Shown: one piece after another, positions 9,109 through 19,165 of the stretch
Position numbering within the stretch: position 1 is the stretch's first letter
Layout of the letters: each line of letters opens with the position of its first letter
Assembly (NCBI GenBank): GCA_031291875.1
Contig: JARLIE010000040.1
Coordinates: 67,011-131,010 of the forward strand
Reading direction: 5' to 3'
DNA from: Minisyncoccota bacterium
GTDB lineage: Bacteria > Patescibacteriota > Minisyncoccia > Phycocordibacterales > UBA2100
DNA length: 64,000 nt
The notes under the pieces: model-generated
The model's database searches: none
Told to the model about the DNA's origin: nothing
Seen by the model: the letters and a program-made list of their open reading frames with translations, nothing else
Translations under genes and position numbers: made by a program

Positions 9109-10757
9109 TAGACACCACCACCAGCACCGGATTGCGCAAATGGATGCCGCTTGTCGTCCTCGCGTTTGCGCTCCTCATCATTATTCTCGACACCACGATC
9201 TTGAACGTGTCTTTGCGCACGATCATCATCGATTTGCATACCAACATCCAAGGCATTCAATGGGTTATCACCGCCTACTCGCTCATGCTTGCCGCATTCA
9301 CGATTACCGGCGGTAGACTCGGCGACCTCTTCGGACGCAAGCGAATGTTTATTCTCGGGGCGTCCATATTCGCGCTGGGATCTTTTATTACCTCGATCAG
9401 CACGTCGGTGGGCATGATGATTCTCGGCGAAGCCATCATTGAAGGTATTGGCGCGGCTCTTATGATACCCGCCACCACATCGCTTCTCGTTTCCAATTAC
9501 CAGGGTCGCGATCGCCAAATTGGCTTTGGCGTTTGGGGCGGTATAGCGGGCGCAGGTGCCGCGCTCGGCCCTGTCGTGGGCGGCTTTCTCACCACGTACT
9601 ATTCGTGGCGCTGGGCGTTTCGTATCAACCTCGTTGTTGCGGCACTGCTCGTGCTCGGCTCGTTCGTCATCAAAGAAGCGCGAGATACGAAAGAGAAACC
9701 GCAGCTCGATTATCTCGGCGTCGTGCTCTCCTCGCTCGCAATGTTCCTCATAGTGTTCGGTGTTATCGAGTCTTCCAGTTACGGCTGGCTCGCAGCAAAG
9801 CAGGTGTTCACGATCGGATCGGTATCGTTCGGCTTTCTCGGCAGCGTCTCTATCGTCGTTCCGAGCATCGCGCTGGGTTTACTTTTGCTCGGAACGTTCG
9901 CACTTTGGCAGGGTCGTCGTGAAAAGAGCGGCAAGACGCCGCTCGTATCGCTCGCACTCTTTAAAAACTCCGTGTTTATTCGAAGCGCTATGATCGTCGC
10001 CATCCTCTCGCTGGGGCAGGCCGGTGTCAGCTTTGCGCTCCCTGTTTTCTTCCAGAGCGTGCTCGGGCTTTCTGCCGTACAAACGGGCGTTGCGATGCTC
10101 CCGATGTCGCTCACACTGCTCGCGGTTTCGTTTTTCACGGCATACCTTTCGAAGTTCGTGACTCCGAAGCGGATTATCCAAGTGGCACTCATGGTAGACG
10201 CGGTGGCCTTTTGGGCCCTTAGTTTTGGCGTCGGGACTGGGAGTGGCGCGTGGGCGCTCGTGCCGGGATTACTACTCTTTGGTCTTGGAATGGGTCTGCT
10301 TATGTCGCAAGCAAGCAACATGACGCTCTCGGCCGTCTCCGTGAAGCAATCTGGAGAAGCCTCGGGTGTGAACAGCACCCTGCGCCAACTCGGCGCATCA
10401 CTCGGCTCCGCGATCATGGGGGCGGTGCTACTCACCACGCTGAGTTCCAATCTTGCAACTGGTGTGCAGACCTCTTCGGTCATTCCTGCTAATGAAAAAC
10501 CTGGCATCATCCAAACCGTGCAAAGCGAGACGTCGAGCATTGAATTCGGAAGCGGATCCGGAGCGGCGACTATCGGCATCCCGCCCTCGCTTGGAAACGA
10601 AATTGCTTCGATTTCCAAAACCGCAACGACAAACGCCAGCCGCGATACGCTTCTCGTTGGCATCATCTTTGCTGTGCTTGCATTCATTCTTTCGCTGCGG
10701 CTCCCGAATCGAAAATCGGTAGTACCGGAACCTGCGATCGCGACAGCGGGACACTAA
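9105..10757 (+). CDS. DHA2 (EmrB/QacA) family MFS transporter
   Basis: LDTTILNVSL, WVITAY and GRLGDLFGRKR motif A; ~14 TM; ATGA overlap with marR. Confidence 0.93.
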   Translation: MIDTTTSTGLRKWMPLVVLAFALLIIILDTTILNVSLRTIIIDLHTNIQGIQWVITAYSLMLAAFTITGGRLGDLFGRKRMFILGASIFALGSFITSISTSVGMMILGEAIIEGIGAALMIPATTSLLVSNYQGRDRQIGFGVWGGIAGAGAALGPVVGGFLTTYYSWRWAFRINLVVAALLVLGSFVIKEARDTKEKPQLDYLGVVLSSLAMFLIVFGVIESSSYGWLAAKQVFTIGSVSFGFLGSVSIVVPSIALGLLLLGTFALWQGRREKSGKTPLVSLALFKNSVFIRSAMIVAILSLGQAGVSFALPVFFQSVLGLSAVQTGVAMLPMSLTLLAVSFFTAYLSKFVTPKRIIQVALMVDAVAFWALSFGVGTGSGAWALVPGLLLFGLGMGLLMSQASNMTLSAVSVKQSGEASGVNSTLRQLGASLGSAIMGAVLLTTLSSNLATGVQTSSVIPANEKPGIIQTVQSETSSIEFGSGSGAATIGIPPSLGNEIASISKTATTNASRDTLLVGIIFAVLAFILSLRLPNRKSVVPEPAIATAGH

Positions 10758-10778
10758 AGTCCTCTAAAAGGGGCTAAA

Positions 10779-10810
10779 AATAGCACGCACTGTGCGTGCT
10801 ATTCTTTTTT
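10779..10810 (+). terminator. Intrinsic terminator whose 3' arm also contains a TGCTATTCT -10 box for cydA
   Basis: AATAGCACGCA-ctg-TGCGTGCTATT followed by CTTTTTT. Confidence 0.7.
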
Positions 10811-10811
10811 C

Positions 10812-12176
10812 ATGAGCCCGCTCATTCTCTCGCGAATACAATTCGGCGATACGGCCGCATTCCATATTCTCTGGCCGGTTATGTCGATCGGCATCGCGCT
10901 CTATATGGTTGTCATGGAGTCCATGTGGCTCTATACCAAAGAAGAATCGTACTACCGTCAGTTGCGTTTTTGGACAAAAATCTTTGTGCTCACGTTCGCC
11001 ATTGGCACCGCGAGCGGCCTGCCACTTTCGCTCGAATTCGGAACCAATTGGTCGCAGTTCGCGCAGGCGGCCGGTGATTTTATGGGTAATATTCTTGGGT
11101 TTGAAACTACGATCGCTTTCGCGCTTGAATCGGCATTTCTCGCGATACTTATATTCGGCTGGAAGCGGGTTCATCCGCTCATGCACCTTTTTTCGACCTT
11201 TATGGTCTTTATCGGTGCCTCGATCTCAGCCTTTTGGATCATGGTCGCCAACTCCTGGATGCAGGTGCCCGAGGGAATAACCGTTCAAAACGGACTCATC
11301 GTCGTTACGAACTACTCGCAGGCTATTTTTAATCCCGACTCCGTTGTTTCGTTTATGCACATGATGGGCGCGTGCGTCGAATCCTCGCTCTTCCTTATCG
11401 GCGGCATCGCGGCATGGCAACTACTAACAACTGAAGCGGGTCCGGTTCGAGATTTCTTTCGACAAACACTCGTGTATTGTCTTGCGATCGCGCTCTTTGT
11501 CGCGCCGCTGCAGGTAGTGATTGGTGACATGAGCGGACTCGTCGTCGCTCAGTATCAGCCGGAGAAGTTGGCGGCGCTTGAATTACAGTGGGACACGAAC
11601 GCTCCGGGTGAGGGAGCGGCATGGGATGTGGTCGCATGGCCGAATTCGACCAACAATGGTAACGCATTCGCCGTTTCGATCCCCAATGGATTGAGTCTCC
11701 TCACGACGCATTCGATGGAGGGGACGGTGCAAGGATTGAACGATTTTCAGGCAAGCGATCGACCAAGCGAAATGGAAGCCGTCATTACGTTTTATGGTTT
11801 TCGCTTGATGATGGTGATTGGTTTTTTGCTTGTCGCGCTCGCGCTCTGGAGCATCGTTTTGTGGTGGAAAGGGGGATTGTCGTCCGAGCGTATTGCACGT
11901 CATCGTGCTTGGCTTAGATGCTGGGTCGCGTCGATTCCGCTTGGTTTTATCGCGACGGAAGCTGGTTGGATGGTGCGCGAGATCGGTAGGCAACCCTGGA
12001 CCGTATATCACTTGATGCGTACCGCAGACAGCGTCTCAATCGGACTCACCAGTTACGAGGTAGGCACGACGACGCTCGTTGTTACCGCCGCTTACCTGGT
12101 ATTTGCTGGCGTATTCATCTATCTAAGTTATCGAATCGTTCGATCCGGTCCGGATCTCGTATCGCCGCTGCCATGA
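10812..12176 (+). CDS. cydA: Cytochrome bd ubiquinol oxidase subunit I
   Basis: AAFHILWP heme His, EFGTNW, ANSWMQ, QPEKLAALE, FRLMM and REIGRQPW motifs; short Q-loop. Confidence 0.96.
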   Translation: MSPLILSRIQFGDTAAFHILWPVMSIGIALYMVVMESMWLYTKEESYYRQLRFWTKIFVLTFAIGTASGLPLSLEFGTNWSQFAQAAGDFMGNILGFETTIAFALESAFLAILIFGWKRVHPLMHLFSTFMVFIGASISAFWIMVANSWMQVPEGITVQNGLIVVTNYSQAIFNPDSVVSFMHMMGACVESSLFLIGGIAAWQLLTTEAGPVRDFFRQTLVYCLAIALFVAPLQVVIGDMSGLVVAQYQPEKLAALELQWDTNAPGEGAAWDVVAWPNSTNNGNAFAVSIPNGLSLLTTHSMEGTVQGLNDFQASDRPSEMEAVITFYGFRLMMVIGFLLVALALWSIVLWWKGGLSSERIARHRAWLRCWVASIPLGFIATEAGWMVREIGRQPWTVYHLMRTADSVSIGLTSYEVGTTTLVVTAAYLVFAGVFIYLSYRIVRSGPDLVSPLP

Positions 12177-13165
12177 CCCCGACGCTACTCGCCCAAATTT
12201 GGTTCGCGATCATCTGCCTCGAAGCGGCCTTGTACGTGGTACTGGATGGCGGCAATCTAGGAATCGGCATGCTTTCGCTCGTGCCGCAGCCCGAACACGA
12301 GCGAGAAACGATCATGCGAGCGTTCGGGCCGATGTGGGATGCCAACGAGACATGGCTGCTTATCGCGGCCGCGACGACCTACGGCGCATTTCCTATGGTG
12401 TACAGCATCGCGCTCAATGCGCTCTATATTCCTGCATTCGTTTTCGGCGTCGGATTGGTACTGCGTGTTGCTTCGTACGAGTTTTATTGCAGCAGCGGAC
12501 AGCGGCTTTGGCGATTTCTCTTTGGGGTGGCGAGCCTCCTCGCTGTCGTGGGGCAGGGGTTTCTTCTGGGTGGTTTCATCAGCGGTATCTCGATTGCGAA
12601 CGGTCACTTTGCGGGTGGACCTTTAGACTGGGCGACGCCGGTTACCGCACTCTTTACGCTAGGCATCGTATTTGGCTACCTCGTGCTCGGTTATACGCGC
12701 CTTATCAACTTCGCGTCATACGAACTTTCGCCGAACGCGCTGCTCCAACTCTCGAGTGCGACCGTCATCGCCGCGTGCGCACTTATCGCCGGCGCGCTCC
12801 TTCTTCCGCATGCCAATTATCTGTATTTCGACCGCTGGACGGTACTACCAAGCGCATACATTCTCTATGTCATAGCCGCATGTATTGCGATTGTTTGCGC
12901 GGCGTTTGCGTACAACGTACTCACGAAGACCCACGTGCGAGAGTTGTATTACCTCAGTATGGCGATTTTCGCGCTCGGGTTTGTCGGCATGATCGTCGGT
13001 GTCTATCCGTATATTTTGCCGCCGAACGTCACTATCTTCGAGGCGGCCTCATCACCGGCAACGCAAGTGTTCATGCTTTGGGGGATCGGTCCGATTTTGC
13101 CGATAGTTCTCGTCTACAACTATTACATTCGCCGAATTTTCCGGCAGGACGGACCCGAATATTGA
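12173..13165 (+). CDS. cydB: Cytochrome bd ubiquinol oxidase subunit II
   Basis: YVVLDG, GPMWDANETWL and AFP motifs; ATGA overlap with cydA. Confidence 0.95.
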   Translation: MTPTLLAQIWFAIICLEAALYVVLDGGNLGIGMLSLVPQPEHERETIMRAFGPMWDANETWLLIAAATTYGAFPMVYSIALNALYIPAFVFGVGLVLRVASYEFYCSSGQRLWRFLFGVASLLAVVGQGFLLGGFISGISIANGHFAGGPLDWATPVTALFTLGIVFGYLVLGYTRLINFASYELSPNALLQLSSATVIAACALIAGALLLPHANYLYFDRWTVLPSAYILYVIAACIAIVCAAFAYNVLTKTHVRELYYLSMAIFALGFVGMIVGVYPYILPPNVTIFEAASSPATQVFMLWGIGPILPIVLVYNYYIRRIFRQDGPEY

Positions 13166-13185
13166 AATCCCTCAGGAGGTACCTA

Positions 13186-13605
13186 CTACTGCGCGATTTT
13201 TTGCAGCAAAGTATTGAGCGTTGCTTTCTCGTGCTCGGAAAGGTTTGAAAGTTGGAGTGCGTTTGAACTCTCGATGCGCGTGACAATCTCTTCTCGCAAA
13301 GCGAGGCCCTTTTCTGTCAGCATAATCGTTTTGACGCGACGATCCGTCGGATTTTCCGCGCGCTCAAGGTAGGAGGCTCCGACGAGCTTGTCGACGATAC
13401 CGGTTACATTCGAAGGGTCGCAGCTTAAGATTGTCGAAATCGAGTGCATGGGAACCTGCACGTGATCTTCCAAGAAAAGCACCGTGTAGAGCTGCATGAC
13501 GGAGAGGTCGTACTCTTCGGCGATACGAATAAGTTCTTTTTTGGCCTGCAGAGAAATCTTCAGGAGAAGCCAGCTTGTGCTTTCTTTGACGGCAGGGGAG
13601 TTCAT
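13186..13605 (-). CDS. MarR family transcriptional regulator
   Basis: CDPSNVTGIVDKL and DRRVK wHTH motifs. Confidence 0.93.
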   Translation of the reverse strand: MNSPAVKESTSWLLLKISLQAKKELIRIAEEYDLSVMQLYTVLFLEDHVQVPMHSISTILSCDPSNVTGIVDKLVGASYLERAENPTDRRVKTIMLTEKGLALREEIVTRIESSNALQLSNLSEHEKATLNTLLQKIAQ

Positions 13606-13626
13606 ACAAGCACTATACGACTTTGA

Positions 13627-13687
13627 TTGACCTAGTCAATACATGGGAACTTCACTTGTTGAATAGTAAAATATTTGATATACTCAA
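13627..13687. promoter_or_regulatory. Divergent promoter region with two TTGA-N5-TCAA operator palindromes
   Basis: TTGA-cctag-TCAA at 13627-13639 and TTGA-tatac-TCAA at 13675-13687. Confidence 0.65.
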
Positions 13688-13691
13688 GTAT

Positions 13692-15140
13692 ATGGCTACT
13701 CACACCAAACAAGGGCGTTCGCCCTGGATCGTCTTTTTACTCGTAACCGTGGCTCAGTTCATGGTTGTTTTGGACATTTCAATCACGAATGTTGCGTTGC
13801 CAGTCATCAAATCTCAGCTCAATTTTACCGATAGCTCGCTGCAATGGGTGATCACGGCTTATGCGCTTGCCTTCGGCGGATTCCTCCTTCTAGGTGGTCG
13901 CGCAGCCGACCTTTACGGACGACGAACCGTCCTCCTGACCGGTCTCATCGCGTTCAGCTCGACCTCGTTCCTGATCGGCATGTCCTCGTCGGCAGCTGAG
14001 TTGATAGTTTTGCGAGCAATTCAAGGTCTTGCAGCCGCGTTTATGTCTCCCTCCGCACTCTCAATCGTGCTTACGACCTTCGGCGAAGGACCGGATCGCA
14101 ACCGCGCGCTCGCGTATTGGACTCTTGTCGCGACAGGGGGTGCAGCTGTCGGATTACTACTCGGCGGCTTTCTCACTGAATTCGTCAACTGGCGTTGGAA
14201 CTTTTTTATCAACGTTCCGATCGGTATCGTCGATGCAATCTTAATCTTGCGTATGGTTCCGAAACACGAAAAAGAAGAGCGCAATAAAAGTCTCGATTTG
14301 CCGGGAGCAACACTCGTCACTTCTAGCTTGATCGCGTTCGTCTTCGGATTCAGCCAGGGTCCGGCATGGGGATGGCTTTCGTTCCCGGTGCTCGGCGTCC
14401 TGGGGCTCGCCGTCTTGCTGCTCGTGGGATTCATCTACAACGAGTCTCGAAGCTCGCACCCGCTCATGCCGCTTTCGATCTTTAAGATTCGAAACGTAAG
14501 CGGCGCCAATCTCATGATGGCTCCGATTTACGCGGGTATGTTGGGAACCTTCTTCCTAACGACGCTCTACTTGCAAAACGTGCTCGGCTACTCACCGGCG
14601 ATCGCAGGCTTGAGTTACTTGCCGTTCCCGATCATCCTCGCAGTCATGTCCACCCGTATTCCGAAGCTCGTCGAGCGCTATGGCTTCAAGCGATTCCTCA
14701 TTATCGGTCCGTTACTTGCTGCGGCAGGAATGCTCTTGATGGGGTTCCTTCCGGTCCATGGCGACTATTTCCTCAACCTGCTTCCAACCTTCATTCTCGT
14801 ACCGCTTGGAATGGGAGTGACCTTCATGCCCGTCATCGCGGCAGCGACCTCTGGCGTGCCGGCACACGAAGCGGGGCTTGCCTCTGGTCTCATTACGACC
14901 TCTCAGCAAATGGGCGGCGCGCTCGGACTCTCGATTCTCTCTGGGGTTGCGACTTCGGTCGCGGCTGCGAGCACCGGTTTGGATCCGGCAACCGCGCTCG
15001 TACATGGATTCAATGCGGCATTCTTCACCGCTGCAGGATTTATGTTCTTCGCGATGCTGCTCGGTGCGCTGGTCATCAAACAACCAAAGGGCGCGCAAGG
15101 ACGCGTTTCGGCTCAGCAAATCGCCGAAGCGATGGTGTAA
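13692..15140 (+). CDS. DHA2 family MFS transporter
   Basis: QFMVVLDISITNVALP, GRAADLYGRR and WRWNFFINVP motifs. Confidence 0.93.
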   Translation: MATHTKQGRSPWIVFLLVTVAQFMVVLDISITNVALPVIKSQLNFTDSSLQWVITAYALAFGGFLLLGGRAADLYGRRTVLLTGLIAFSSTSFLIGMSSSAAELIVLRAIQGLAAAFMSPSALSIVLTTFGEGPDRNRALAYWTLVATGGAAVGLLLGGFLTEFVNWRWNFFINVPIGIVDAILILRMVPKHEKEERNKSLDLPGATLVTSSLIAFVFGFSQGPAWGWLSFPVLGVLGLAVLLLVGFIYNESRSSHPLMPLSIFKIRNVSGANLMMAPIYAGMLGTFFLTTLYLQNVLGYSPAIAGLSYLPFPIILAVMSTRIPKLVERYGFKRFLIIGPLLAAAGMLLMGFLPVHGDYFLNLLPTFILVPLGMGVTFMPVIAAATSGVPAHEAGLASGLITTSQQMGGALGLSILSGVATSVAAASTGLDPATALVHGFNAAFFTAAGFMFFAMLLGALVIKQPKGAQGRVSAQQIAEAMV

Positions 15141-15143
15141 GGG

Positions 15144-15626
15144 CTACCAGCTCGAAGCAGAGAACGCTCCTTTGAGTAGGGAATCAACACTGTACGTTCG
15201 CCACGATTTGCCTGCGATGAGTGAGAGATGCACAAAGATATAAATGATACCGGTTCCGATATCCGTGGAGCCGGGAGCGTAGGGTCCGCCGAAGCCTTCG
15301 GCTGTCGACCAAATGGCGAGTGCGAGCGCTATGCCGCCCCAGTTGGCGATTCGCGTGAAAATGCCGAAGATAAGGCCGATCGCGATCGCCGTTTCCGCAA
15401 ACGCAACGACTAAAGCGAACGTGTGCGGTTGGATGTTGGCGACTGTGACCCACAGGTTGATCCAGGTTTGCACGAGCGCTGGTTGGCCTTGCGCGCCGTC
15501 GCTGATGTAACCGACAAAATTATCCTGGAACGCGGGTAACCATTTGAACATCGCGTCGATACCCCAGACACACCCAAATGCGATTCGCAGCAATGCGAAG
15601 CTTTTGTCCTGAGCACTGGCTTGCAT
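15144..15626 (-). CDS. DoxX/TQO small-subunit-like membrane protein
   Basis: LRIAFG.W..DA.FKW, ETAIAIGLIFG and EGFGGPY..GSTDIG motifs; ~4 TM. Confidence 0.75.
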   Translation of the reverse strand: MQASAQDKSFALLRIAFGCVWGIDAMFKWLPAFQDNFVGYISDGAQGQPALVQTWINLWVTVANIQPHTFALVVAFAETAIAIGLIFGIFTRIANWGGIALALAIWSTAEGFGGPYAPGSTDIGTGIIYIFVHLSLIAGKSWRTYSVDSLLKGAFSASSW

Positions 15627-15678
15627 GGCTCCAGTATAGCCCGAATGCTGGCTAGCTGCGGTGCTACACTGAAGAGAC

Positions 15679-16587
15679 ATGCGTCGCTCGACGATCGTTC
15701 TCTTGAGTATTTTTGTGCTCGCGCTTGCAGCAGCGACGTTCCTCTATGTCCGAAGTGCAACCATAGCCGTGCTCGATCCGGCTGGTCCCGTCGCCCTCGC
15801 CGAGAAAAACATCATCATTACGGCGACGTTTTTGTGTGCGCTGGTCGTTGTGCCGGTTTTCTTTTTGTTGTTTTTCTTTGCATGGAAGTATCGGGCCGAC
15901 AGTCCGCAGGCACAGCAATCCCACAAGCCGGATTGGGACCATGACAGCATTCTCGCGGAAGTGATTTGGTGGCTTGTTCCGGCCGTAATTATCGCTATCC
16001 TCGGCGTCATCGCGTGGAATAGTTCGCACGCGCTCGACCCGTATCGACCGCTCGAATCCGACGTTGCCACAATACCGATCGACGTCGTCGCGCTCGACTG
16101 GAAATGGCTCTTTATCTATCCGCAACAGGGAATCGCGAGCGTAAATCTTGTCGAATTTCCCGCAGGAACGCCGGTGCATTTCTATCTGACGGCAGACGCA
16201 CCGATGAACACGTTTTGGATACCGCAGCTTGCGGGGCAGGTTATGGTTATGCCCGGCATGACAACGCAGCTTAACCTGGCAGCGAGCAAAACGGGGGATT
16301 TCAACGGCTTCTCCGGAAACATCAGCGGAAAAGGATTTTCGGGCATGGCGTTTACCGCTCGTGCGGTAGATCAGCAAACGTTCAATACTTGGATCGCTTC
16401 AATAAAAGCTTCTTCGACACCGCTTACGCAAGAAGCCTACATAATGTTGGCGGCGCCAAGTGAATATAATCCGGTCGCGTATTACGACCTCGCGGAACCA
16501 AATCTCTTTGGTGCGATAGAATCCACCTATATGAATCCCGGATCGGCGATGCCGCAGGTGTCGCAAGGTATGACCGTGACACCATGA
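15679..16587 (+). CDS. cyoA: Cytochrome bo3 ubiquinol oxidase subunit II
   Basis: LDPAGPVA, HALDPYRPL, DWKWLFIYP and FWIPQLAGQ motifs; no CuA cysteines. Confidence 0.96.
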   Translation: MRRSTIVLLSIFVLALAAATFLYVRSATIAVLDPAGPVALAEKNIIITATFLCALVVVPVFFLLFFFAWKYRADSPQAQQSHKPDWDHDSILAEVIWWLVPAVIIAILGVIAWNSSHALDPYRPLESDVATIPIDVVALDWKWLFIYPQQGIASVNLVEFPAGTPVHFYLTADAPMNTFWIPQLAGQVMVMPGMTTQLNLAASKTGDFNGFSGNISGKGFSGMAFTARAVDQQTFNTWIASIKASSTPLTQEAYIMLAAPSEYNPVAYYDLAEPNLFGAIESTYMNPGSAMPQVSQGMTVTP

Positions 16588-18563
16588 ACTGGCAAACCTT
16601 GATCTTCGGGAATCTCTCGTGGTCGGTACTGCCCGAAAACGCGATCGCATGGTTCGGTGCGCTTACCGTTATCGCCGGTGTGCTCGCAGTGGTCGGCGTC
16701 GTTACGTATCTGGGCCGCTGGCAGTGGCTTTGGGACGAATGGTTCACATCGCTCGATCCGAAGAAAATCGGCGTTATGTACATCGTTGTCGCTCTCGTTA
16801 TGCTGGTGCGCGGCGGCTCCGACGCGCTCCTCATGCGCGCGCAACAGGCAACCTCGGTCGGCGATTCGTACGGCATTTTGACCTCGACGCACTTTCAAGA
16901 AATTTTCTCGGCGCATGGCTCGATCATGATCTTTTTCCTCGCGATGGGGTTTATGTTCGGACTTATCAACTTGATTGTCCCGCTGCAGATCGGATCGCGG
17001 GACGTCGCGTTCCCGTTTTTGAATTCGCTTAGCTTTTGGCTCTTCTTTGCCGGCGCGGCCCTGATCAACTGCTCACTCATTTTTGGCGATTTTTCTACGG
17101 CAGGTTGGCTCGCGTACCCGCCGCTTTCTGAATTGCGATATTCGCCGACTAGCGGCGTCGATTATTGGATCTGGTCGCTACAGATTGGCGGCCTAGGATC
17201 GCTGCTTTCGGGCGTGAACTTTTTTGCGACCATCGTGAAAATGCGTACGAAGGGGATGAACTGGATGCGTTTGCCGATGTTCAGCTGGACCGTGCTCGGC
17301 TCCATGACCCTCGTTATTTTCGCGTTCCCGATTCTCACCGTCACGCTCGCGCTGCTCTACCTCGATCGCACCGCCGGCATGCACTTTTTCACAGCAGAGC
17401 TCGGCGGCAATATGATGATGTACGTAAACTTGATCTGGGCGTGGGGACATCCGGAGGTGTATATTCTGATTCTTCCGGCCTTTGGCGTCTTTTCGGAAGT
17501 GGTGCCGGTTTTTTCGGGGAAGAAACTCGCCGGGTATACCTCGATGGTATTCTCTGTGTGGGCGATCGTGGTGCTCTCATTTATCGTATGGCTGCACCAC
17601 TTTTTCACGATGGGCGCGGGAGCGGACGTCAATGCGTTCTTCGGTATTATGACGGCCGTCATCGCCGTTCCCACCGGTGTCAAAATTTTCAACTGGCTTT
17701 TCACGATGTACCGCGGTCGCATTCGATTCGAGAGTCCGATGCTGTGGTTTATGGGATTCGTCGTGCTCTTTACGCTCGGCGGGGTCGCGGGTGTCGTGAT
17801 GGCGGAGCCACCGGCCGACTATCAGCTGCACAACTCTCTCTTTCTCGTCGCGCACTTCCACACGATGATCGTCTCCGGCGTGCTGTTCGGGTACTTTGCA
17901 GGGCTCACGTTCTGGTTTCCAAAAATATTCGGATTCAAAATGAACGAAAAGTGGGGGATTCGTGCGTTTTGGTTCTGGCTGATCGGCTTTATTCTCGCGT
18001 TCGGGCCGCTCTACTTGCTTGGCTTTGAGGGTGCGACCAGACGGCTCGACCATTATTCTTCTTCGCTCGGATGGCAGCCCCTTTTTATCGTCGCCGGCAT
18101 CGGTGCGATTTCTATAGCCATCGGTTTTTCATGCCAGGTGGCGCAGCTTGTCGCGACGTTTCGCGACTACAAGCGTAATCGCGTCGGCAACGATCCGTGG
18201 GACGGTCGCACGCTCGAGTGGTCGGTCGCTTCTCCAGCGCCCTCGTACAACTTCGCCGCCCTCCCGATTGTGCACTCGCGCGATGAGTTCTGGGAAGAAA
18301 AACACGGCGCGAGCACCCAGGAGCAAAAATTTGAGGATTTTTCTATGCCAAAAAATACCGGTGCCGCGGTTATTGTCAGTAGTTTTGTGTTCTTGCTGGG
18401 GTTTGGCGCCGTATGGCATATCTGGTGGCTCGTTATCGCCGCGCTGCTTGGTGCAACGATCGCGGTGCTCGTCCATGTTTTCAACGAAGACTCCGAATAC
18501 GCAGTGAGCGGCGCGCAGCTTGCACACCGCGAAGCGGGACTGCAGTATCCGACCAGCCTATGA
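16584..18563 (+). CDS. cyoB: Cytochrome bo3 ubiquinol oxidase subunit I
   Basis: WAWGHPEVYILILP, WLHHFF and AHFH heme-copper ligands. Confidence 0.98.
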   Translation: MNWQTLIFGNLSWSVLPENAIAWFGALTVIAGVLAVVGVVTYLGRWQWLWDEWFTSLDPKKIGVMYIVVALVMLVRGGSDALLMRAQQATSVGDSYGILTSTHFQEIFSAHGSIMIFFLAMGFMFGLINLIVPLQIGSRDVAFPFLNSLSFWLFFAGAALINCSLIFGDFSTAGWLAYPPLSELRYSPTSGVDYWIWSLQIGGLGSLLSGVNFFATIVKMRTKGMNWMRLPMFSWTVLGSMTLVIFAFPILTVTLALLYLDRTAGMHFFTAELGGNMMMYVNLIWAWGHPEVYILILPAFGVFSEVVPVFSGKKLAGYTSMVFSVWAIVVLSFIVWLHHFFTMGAGADVNAFFGIMTAVIAVPTGVKIFNWLFTMYRGRIRFESPMLWFMGFVVLFTLGGVAGVVMAEPPADYQLHNSLFLVAHFHTMIVSGVLFGYFAGLTFWFPKIFGFKMNEKWGIRAFWFWLIGFILAFGPLYLLGFEGATRRLDHYSSSLGWQPLFIVAGIGAISIAIGFSCQVAQLVATFRDYKRNRVGNDPWDGRTLEWSVASPAPSYNFAALPIVHSRDEFWEEKHGASTQEQKFEDFSMPKNTGAAVIVSSFVFLLGFGAVWHIWWLVIAALLGATIAVLVHVFNEDSEYAVSGAQLAHREAGLQYPTSL

Positions 18564-19165
18564 CCGACGAATTCGACCGCAGCGGCATACTTTCCGTCGA
18601 CGAAAAGTCCAAGGACTCGACGATCGTTTTCGGATTTTGGATGTACCTAATGACCGATCTCGTACTCTTCGCGAGCCTCTTTGTCGTTTTCGTCGTACTG
18701 CGTGGGCCCGAGTATGGCGGGGCATCGATCAAAAATACTTTCGATTTGCAGTATGTTTTTATCGAAACGATCGCGCTCTTGGTAAGCAGCTTCACGTGCG
18801 GACTCGCGCTTTTGTTCGCGCGCGAAGGGAATGTTCGGGGCACGGTATCATGGCTCTTAGCCACGTTCGTGCTTGGCGCCGCGTTCGTCGCGATGGAGGT
18901 TTCTGAATTTTCTCGTCTTCTTGCGCAAGGACTCGCACCCGCTCGCGACGGATTTCTCTCCGGTTATTTCACGCTCGTCGGAACGCACGGTGCGCACGTA
19001 ACCGTCGGGCTCCTCTGGCTCCTCGCGATGGTCGTGGCGATTGCCGGCAGGGGACTCTCCCGCGGGAATATGCGCAAGCTCGCGCTCTTTGCGATGTTTT
19101 GGCACTTCCTCGATGTGATCTGGATTTTTATCTTTACCATTGTGTACCTGATGGGCGTGCTATGA
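18560..19165 (+). CDS. cyoC: Cytochrome bo3 oxidase subunit III
   Basis: FGFWMYLMTD, FTLVGTHGAHV and FWHFLDVIW motifs. Confidence 0.96.
   Translation: MTDEFDRSGILSVDEKSKDSTIVFGFWMYLMTDLVLFASLFVVFVVLRGPEYGGASIKNTFDLQYVFIETIALLVSSFTCGLALLFAREGNVRGTVSWLLATFVLGAAFVAMEVSEFSRLLAQGLAPARDGFLSGYFTLVGTHGAHVTVGLLWLLAMVVAIAGRGLSRGNMRKLALFAMFWHFLDVIWIFIFTIVYLMGVL

Noticed and set aside
12199-13248. 349-aa alternative-frame ORF over cydB, and similar long shadow ORFs (9779-10687, 17165-18028, 20516-21409, 31570-32472, 34695-35654, 49579-50550)
   Set aside because: Antisense or frame shadows of well-supported GC-rich genes, with no recognisable motifs
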